IMG/VR virus record: IMGVR_UViG_3300044513_000968
Coordinates: 1-28,448 of that record
Source: a virus
Lineage: Duplodnaviria; Caudoviricetes
Direction: 5' to 3' (one strand)
Length of the DNA stretch: 28,448 nt
A program made the translations under genes and the position numbers. Shown piece after piece: positions 23,833 through 28,448 of this stretch. Positions within the stretch are counted from its first letter, which is position 1. Each line of letters opens with the position of its first letter. A model generated the notes under the pieces. That model saw nothing but the letters and a program-made list of their open reading frames with translations. It did not search any database and had not been told where the DNA came from.

Positions 23833-24145
23833 TAATTATCTGTCTTTGCTTAATCATATAAGCACGGATTTGTGCGAAGTTCTTAGATAAGAACTCGTAG
23901 TCTTCATCGCTTAACCCAAACAACACAGGATCTTTGCCTTGTTCTTTCAGTTTAGCAAATACTTCTTCTGCATTATCGCTGTTAATAATAACCCATCTTA
24001 ATGGCTCCATCTTTGCTGGAGCAGGATGTTCTAAGTTTAGAGGTGCTCTTTTAACTTCTGTTTTAAAGATATCAAGTTTTTGTACAGATGAACATCCAGT
24101 TAGTACAACTGCAAATAAACCTACTATTAAAATATTCTTAATCAT
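23774..24145 (-). CDS. o-spanin (Rz1-like lipoprotein)
   Basis: MIKNILIVGLFAVVLTGC lipobox, Pro-rich segment, overlaps the i-spanin end. Confidence 0.75.
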   Translation of the reverse strand: MIKNILIVGLFAVVLTGCSSVQKLDIFKTEVKRAPLNLEHPAPAKMEPLRWVIINSDNAEEVFAKLKEQGKDPVLFGLSDEDYEFLSKNFAQIRAYMIKQRQIINEYKNYYEGDSNTNTTNSK

Positions 24146-24626
24146 ATGGAACATAATTTGGGTTTGCTAAACTTGGACACTCTGAATTAATCTCAGACTT
24201 CTTTGTAGCATTCCTTTCCTTTTCAGTTAATTCTGCTCCCATAGCAATTTCTACACATCTCATTGCTTTGACAGTAGCATTGTTAATTACACGTTCAACT
24301 AATTTAGATTTTTCATCAGCCAATTTACCAAGGTCGCGAACTTCACCTTTGCCGTTAATTTTATTGAAACGTTCATCAAGTGCCGCAAATTCTTTTTGAA
24401 GTCTTTGATTTGTTTCTTCAAGTGATTTGTTAGCGGCAAGTATTGCAGTAAAATCTTTTTGTTGTTGCTCTATAACAGCCTTTTGATCAGCAACACTTTC
24501 TTGTAGTTTTGTATTGTTGGCTTCACTAATAGCAAGATCGCTTTTAAGTGTTTTTACGTACACAAAACCACCGCCAGCACCTGCTAACATAATTAATACC
24601 ATTGCTATTTTGATTGAACTAAACAT
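24138..24626 (-). CDS. i-spanin (Rz-like)
   Basis: N-terminal TM, long coiled coil, two C-terminal Cys; follows the endolysin. Confidence 0.75.
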   Translation of the reverse strand: MFSSIKIAMVLIMLAGAGGGFVYVKTLKSDLAISEANNTKLQESVADQKAVIEQQQKDFTAILAANKSLEETNQRLQKEFAALDERFNKINGKGEVRDLGKLADEKSKLVERVINNATVKAMRCVEIAMGAELTEKERNATKKSEINSECPSLANPNYVPYD

Positions 24627-24787
24627 TATCTTCCCTGTTCGCAGACTTTGATGGTAATTGTCTTACCATCGCCGTCCAACATATCTTTGTAAAGAGGTCC
24701 TTCGTGGTATTCGTGACCGCAGTTTTTACAACCTACTTGGTCATTGCTAACGCTGACTCTTTCGTCTCGTTTACTCTGCGTGTCCAT
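24626..24787 (-). CDS. 53-aa putative metal-binding microprotein, not in the ORF track
   Basis: MDTQSKRDERVSVSNDQVGCKNCGHEYHEGPLYKDMLDGDGKTITIKVCEQGR; stop coupled to the spanin ATG (TAATG). Confidence 0.55.
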   Translation of the reverse strand: MDTQSKRDERVSVSNDQVGCKNCGHEYHEGPLYKDMLDGDGKTITIKVCEQGR

Positions 24788-25260
24788 CCCTTACCAAATG
24801 TTTTAAATGTTGCAAGTGACTCATAAAAATCCTGACGAATTTTTTGATATTCTTCAATTGCTTTTGTGATACCGTTTGACTCTACATAACCTTTTGTCAT
24901 GTTAATTGTATTAGGACCAATCCAACCATCTATTTTTGCTCCAACCATTTGTTGTAACATCTTAGTTGCTCTATGACGTCCACCATTTACGCACATATCA
25001 AATACGCATAAATCTAAACCTGCTGGAATATCATCAGCAAGGATAGCATTCCAATAATTCTTTTTGTAAATTGGAGTTACATCTGCTTCTGTCAATGCTT
25101 TGATAACATCTTTAGTAACTACTTTACCCATCCAGTCTTCATATGTTTGTTTAGTAACACCTAAGTTTGTTGCTCCGCCTGGATCTTTCGGATGATCAAC
25201 ATATCCTCCTTCGTGATGAAGAATAATTTCTAAACACTTTTTAAAATTGTCGTTTGCCAT
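24733..25260 (-). CDS. Endolysin, glycoside hydrolase family 108 with peptidoglycan-binding domain
   Basis: HEGGYVDHPKDPGGATNLGVT, DGWIGPNT, FGKGWTRRV. Confidence 0.93.
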   Translation of the reverse strand: MANDNFKKCLEIILHHEGGYVDHPKDPGGATNLGVTKQTYEDWMGKVVTKDVIKALTEADVTPIYKKNYWNAILADDIPAGLDLCVFDMCVNGGRHRATKMLQQMVGAKIDGWIGPNTINMTKGYVESNGITKAIEEYQKIRQDFYESLATFKTFGKGWTRRVNETKESALAMTK

Positions 25261-25263
25261 TGT

Positions 25264-25974
25264 TTAACCTCTTTTCAAAATTAGACTGTAGTCACCATTT
25301 TCAAGTACAAGTTTTTTACCATATTTTGTAATATTATAATCACCTAAGTACTTGCTTAAATAAATGACTTCAGCGAAACCATTAATATCTAATGCTTCAT
25401 TGATATTTACCTGATCAGTTCGACTAAAATCGACAACTTTGAATGTAATTGGATCCATAAATGTATTTTTAATACGTAACGTGTCTTCGTTAATCATGTC
25501 CACTTGTTCAGCATAACTTTTGTTGAAAAAGTTCTTGTAGTTATCCATGTTGTTTTCATTTACTCGAATATCGTAAGCATCTTTATCTGTTGGAATCATT
25601 TCTGCTAAATTAGAATCCGTTGCATCATGACTTCTAAAACTCTTATAGTATCTAAACTTCATACTATCTAAACCTGCAATTTTAGTAATGCCATCTACCA
25701 TTTCATAAATTTGTGTAGGTGAATCTTTTCCGCGTTCAATTTCTACAAATACTTTGTACATTCCGTCGGTTTGTTCACCTGATGTTGCGTCTGCATCAAG
25801 CACAAAAGGATAACCTTTTTCTAAAAAATTTTCAAGGTCTTTTGCACTTGCTTCGTTCTTAGTTGAAAAACTCAAAACGACTATGTCGCTGTCACTACCC
25901 ATTTTAGATTTAAAAGAATCAATTTCAAAAATATGATCTACTAAGTCTTTAAGATCGTCTTTTCTTAACCCCAT
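25264..25974 (-). CDS. Hypothetical phage protein
   Basis: 236 aa, coupled to the upstream gene. Confidence 0.8.
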   Translation of the reverse strand: MGLRKDDLKDLVDHIFEIDSFKSKMGSDSDIVVLSFSTKNEASAKDLENFLEKGYPFVLDADATSGEQTDGMYKVFVEIERGKDSPTQIYEMVDGITKIAGLDSMKFRYYKSFRSHDATDSNLAEMIPTDKDAYDIRVNENNMDNYKNFFNKSYAEQVDMINEDTLRIKNTFMDPITFKVVDFSRTDQVNINEALDINGFAEVIYLSKYLGDYNITKYGKKLVLENGDYSLILKRG

Positions 25975-26519
25975 TACATTGCTCCTTCTGGTGCTGTTGC
26001 TTCTGCACCTGCTCCAACGCCTGCTTCAACTCCTGCTTCTGCTGGTTGTGCTTCTGGGGTAGCACCTGGTGTTTGTCCTGGCTCAGTGTTAAGATCAATC
26101 ATTTCATTGTATCCACTATAAATGTCTACAATTAATTTTTTAGGCATCATAATTTCAACTACCCAAATTTCTTCGCGATCTAATTTACCCTTTTTAGTGC
26201 CTGGACGTATATCATCTGGTGTTTTGATTTTACGTGGTTTTAGAATATAATCTTTTTTATATGTAACTTTACAATCGTAATCAAGTAGTCTTTTGCCTCC
26301 CATAGGATCTGGCATCTTATCTCTTGGCCACATAAATGAGCAAATTACCCAGTGTCTTTTAATATTAGGGCCTGAAACTATTTCGCCATCTTCCCAGTTA
26401 TCGTAGACATACAAATCAAGTTCGTCAAGCACTCTTTCAAAGTCTTTTAGAACCGTAAATGCAGTATCACTCTCGTAAATACCCTGAACATTTTTGATTA
26501 CTTCTAATACATCTTTCAT
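25974..26519 (-). CDS. Hypothetical phage protein with Ala/Glu/Pro-rich tail
   Basis: 181 aa, downstream of a late promoter. Confidence 0.8.
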   Translation of the reverse strand: MKDVLEVIKNVQGIYESDTAFTVLKDFERVLDELDLYVYDNWEDGEIVSGPNIKRHWVICSFMWPRDKMPDPMGGKRLLDYDCKVTYKKDYILKPRKIKTPDDIRPGTKKGKLDREEIWVVEIMMPKKLIVDIYSGYNEMIDLNTEPGQTPGATPEAQPAEAGVEAGVGAGAEATAPEGAM

Positions 26520-26543
26520 AGTGAATATCCAATCTTATACACT

Positions 26544-26551
26544 TATTTATC
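26544..26551 (-). promoter_or_regulatory. Late promoter (GATAAATA) for the lysis-containing operon
   Basis: TAAATA core in the divergent intergenic region. Confidence 0.65.
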
Positions 26552-26596
26552 CGGTTAGCATTTATAACAGTGTAGTTTTATCACGAGTGAAACGTA

Positions 26597-26603
26597 CTAA
26601 ATA
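26597..26603 (+). promoter_or_regulatory. Late promoter (CTAAATA) for phoH
   Basis: TAAATA at 26598-26603, ~8 nt before the structured leader. Confidence 0.5.
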
Positions 26604-26611
26604 TTTGTGTA

Positions 26612-26682
26612 GGACGCATTCATAACGTCCAGGCGTTAAGGATGCAGTTTTACTTGTTTAATCCATAAAGGAGGACTGCATG
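26612..26682 (+). promoter_or_regulatory. Structured, potentially bistable phoH 5' leader
   Basis: Mutually exclusive stems, one sequestering the GGAGG SD and ATG. Confidence 0.55.
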
Positions 26683-27408
26683 GGTGCAAAAAGAAGTGCT
26701 CGTAGGAGCAAAAACTACAATAGCAATATTGTAGAATTCAATAAATTTCTTCCCCAGAAGAAAAAAGAAGTCAAAATCATTCCGAGAAACGTTAATCAAG
26801 AAACTTATATGCTACAACTGTTAGACCCGAAGAAAGACATAGTCTTTGGCATTGGGCCGGCAGGTACAGGTAAAACGCTGTTGGCTGTACAAGTTGCGAT
26901 TAAGCAGTTTAAAGACGGAGTAGTCGATAAAATAATTGTAACGAGACCTGCTGTAAGTGCAGATGAAGATTTAGGTTTCTTACCCGGTACATTAGAACAA
27001 AAAATGGCACCGTGGACAAGACCTATTTTTGACGTACTACAGGAGTATTTCTCAGCACACGAAATAACGGGTATGGTCGAAGAAGGTGTAGTAGAAATTG
27101 CACCACTTGCTTATATGCGAGGACGAACATTTAAACGCTCGTTTATCATTGCTGATGAAATGCAAAATGCTACACAAAATCAAATGAAGATGTTATTAAC
27201 ACGTTTAGGGCAAGGTTCTAAGATGGCTGTAACAGGTGACTTAGCACAAGCAGATAGACTAAGAGATAACGGACTTATTGATTTTTGTAGACACTTAGAT
27301 CAGAAAGGTCGTGCTGAAAAAATCGATGTCGTAGAGTTTGAAAAAGGAGATATTGAAAGACACGATGCAGTCAAAGAAGTATTAGAAATATATGGAGATG
27401 TTGTTTAA
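26680..27408 (+). CDS. phoH: PhoH-like ATPase
   Basis: GPAGTGKT, RPAV, LGFLPG, AYMRGRTF, DEMQN, TRLG, GDLAQ, RH. Confidence 0.96.
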   Translation: MGAKRSARRSKNYNSNIVEFNKFLPQKKKEVKIIPRNVNQETYMLQLLDPKKDIVFGIGPAGTGKTLLAVQVAIKQFKDGVVDKIIVTRPAVSADEDLGFLPGTLEQKMAPWTRPIFDVLQEYFSAHEITGMVEEGVVEIAPLAYMRGRTFKRSFIIADEMQNATQNQMKMLLTRLGQGSKMAVTGDLAQADRLRDNGLIDFCRHLDQKGRAEKIDVVEFEKGDIERHDAVKEVLEIYGDVV

Positions 27409-28169
27409 CCGGGTAAATCAGTATCCTGGGCATCAACTATATATAACTTCTTAGTCTTGACCCATTTAATCCAGCCTGCATAAGTCATTTTGTGTAGGCT
27501 GGATATTGCCCACTGACGTTTCATAACTGTTTCATTAAGTTCCATAGTTCGTGCAACTTGCTTTTCACGTTTAAATGGAATTACTTGTACGATAGGTTCA
27601 CCCATCTTAATTGTTGTTGGCTTAATTTCTTTAAGCATAATATTAATAGGACTTTGCGGAGCACCTAAATCGTGATCCATTACACCAGGAACTGCTTCCC
27701 AGTTCTTTCCTTCATGATAATACATTGGCAAATACAATGTACTCCAACCTGCTTTATTCCAAGTAAACCAAGGATTGTCAAGTTTTACTGCACCTCTAAC
27801 AGCAAACTTTTGCTCCATAAATTTTCCTAACTGCTCTTCAGGGTGGTATGCATCGTTATACATATCATCACTGTATCTTGTTATAATGTGTTTACCGTCT
27901 GGAGTTGGTTCTATTGTAATATCACACCAAGCAGGAATAACATATCCCATACTCATGTAATCTGTAATACCGGGACAGGCTCTTACTGTTTTATGACTAT
28001 CAATGTTATGCTGTTCTTTTTTAAAGTATGGACTCATATCTTTAAACTTGTCAGGAAAAAATTTGCCTGCAGGTTCAATAGGTGCATATTTCCTCACGCC
28101 CCAACTTGAACAAGCAAAATTAATTACTGGCTCTTCTTTTCCAAAAAGTTTTTTTAAAAAGTTCTTCAT
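27405..28169 (-). CDS. Hypothetical protein, possibly dUTPase-like beta fold
   Basis: 254 aa; RACPGITDYMSMGYVIPAWCD, PGVMD, GEPIVQVIPFKRE. Confidence 0.7.
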   Translation of the reverse strand: MKNFLKKLFGKEEPVINFACSSWGVRKYAPIEPAGKFFPDKFKDMSPYFKKEQHNIDSHKTVRACPGITDYMSMGYVIPAWCDITIEPTPDGKHIITRYSDDMYNDAYHPEEQLGKFMEQKFAVRGAVKLDNPWFTWNKAGWSTLYLPMYYHEGKNWEAVPGVMDHDLGAPQSPINIMLKEIKPTTIKMGEPIVQVIPFKREKQVARTMELNETVMKRQWAISSLHKMTYAGWIKWVKTKKLYIVDAQDTDLPG

Positions 28170-28448
28170 ACTTTGGTAACATTAATATTTGATTTCTTAA
28201 GAAATCTAATACCATCCTCGCTACGATAGTTATCTTTGTAGTATAGGTCTTTAATACCACTCTGGTATATTAGTTTTGCACAGTCTAAACAAGGTGAATG
28301 TGTAATAAAAATACTTGCACCGTCACCGCTTTCATTAGAACGTGCTAACTTAGCAATAGCATTTGATTCTGCGTGTAATACTTCGGGTTTTGATTTGGTA
28401 ATTAATGCACCTACTTCATCTTGTCCAATTATTTCTTCACACTCATTA
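28166..28448 (-). CDS. dCMP deaminase, 3' part (runs off the right edge)
   Basis: Translation ...PEVLHAESNAIAKLA...ITHSPCLDCAKLIYQSGI...: HAE and PCxxC zinc motifs. Confidence 0.92.
   Translation of the reverse strand, partial: NECEEIIGQDEVGALITKSKPEVLHAESNAIAKLARSNESGDGASIFITHSPCLDCAKLIYQSGIKDLYYKDNYRSEDGIRFLKKSNINVTKV

Noticed and set aside
24650-24670. 8-bp inverted repeat GATGGTAA-N5-TTACCATC as a terminator
   Set aside because: No U-tract on the transcribed strand and it lies within a probable small ORF in a coupled operon
26520-26610. Pho box upstream of phoH
   Set aside because: No tandem CTGTCAT-like 11-bp repeats seen
1008-28109. Many plus-strand and alternative-frame ORFs of 60-144 aa in the track (e.g. 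8264-8644, 19556-19990, 16075-16431, 815-1117)
   Set aside because: They overlap well-supported minus-strand genes, show no recognisable motifs and look like antisense codon-bias shadows
1-28448. tRNA, rRNA, CRISPR arrays, transposases
   Set aside because: None recognisable by eye; intergenic gaps are short and lack cloverleaf or repeat-spacer patterns

Overview
AT-rich segment of a large T4-like (myovirus-type) phage genome infecting a Gram-negative host; all but one gene (phoH) lie on the minus strand. From left to right: (i) a putative base-modification cluster (QTMAN/GTDC1-like glycosyltransferase, QueD-like T-fold enzyme with an LxxxHRHxF motif, TGT/DpdA-fold transglycosylase) embedded in the replication module (sliding clamp, NDP-sugar epimerase, MBD4-like glycosylase, cupin, DEDDh exonuclease, family B DNA polymerase, DsbA-like protein); (ii) a ~150-nt structured RNA and a block of late genes encoding modular, probably capsid-packaged proteins with T4 internal-protein-like leaders and hydrophobic-X-Glu junctions; (iii) a dnaJ-def-clpA proteostasis operon; (iv) a lysis cassette (GH108 endolysin, spanins, holin candidates); (v) phoH with a bistable 5' leader, and a partial dCMP deaminase. 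Four near-consensus sigma70 promoters and about nine T4-late-type TAAATA promoters are visible, several apparently producing leaderless mRNAs. The most interesting candidates are a pathway for glycosylated 7-deazaguanine, a virion-delivered polyprotein/peptide cargo system, and two switch-like or 6S-like RNAs. All family assignments come from motif recognition by eye, not from database searches.
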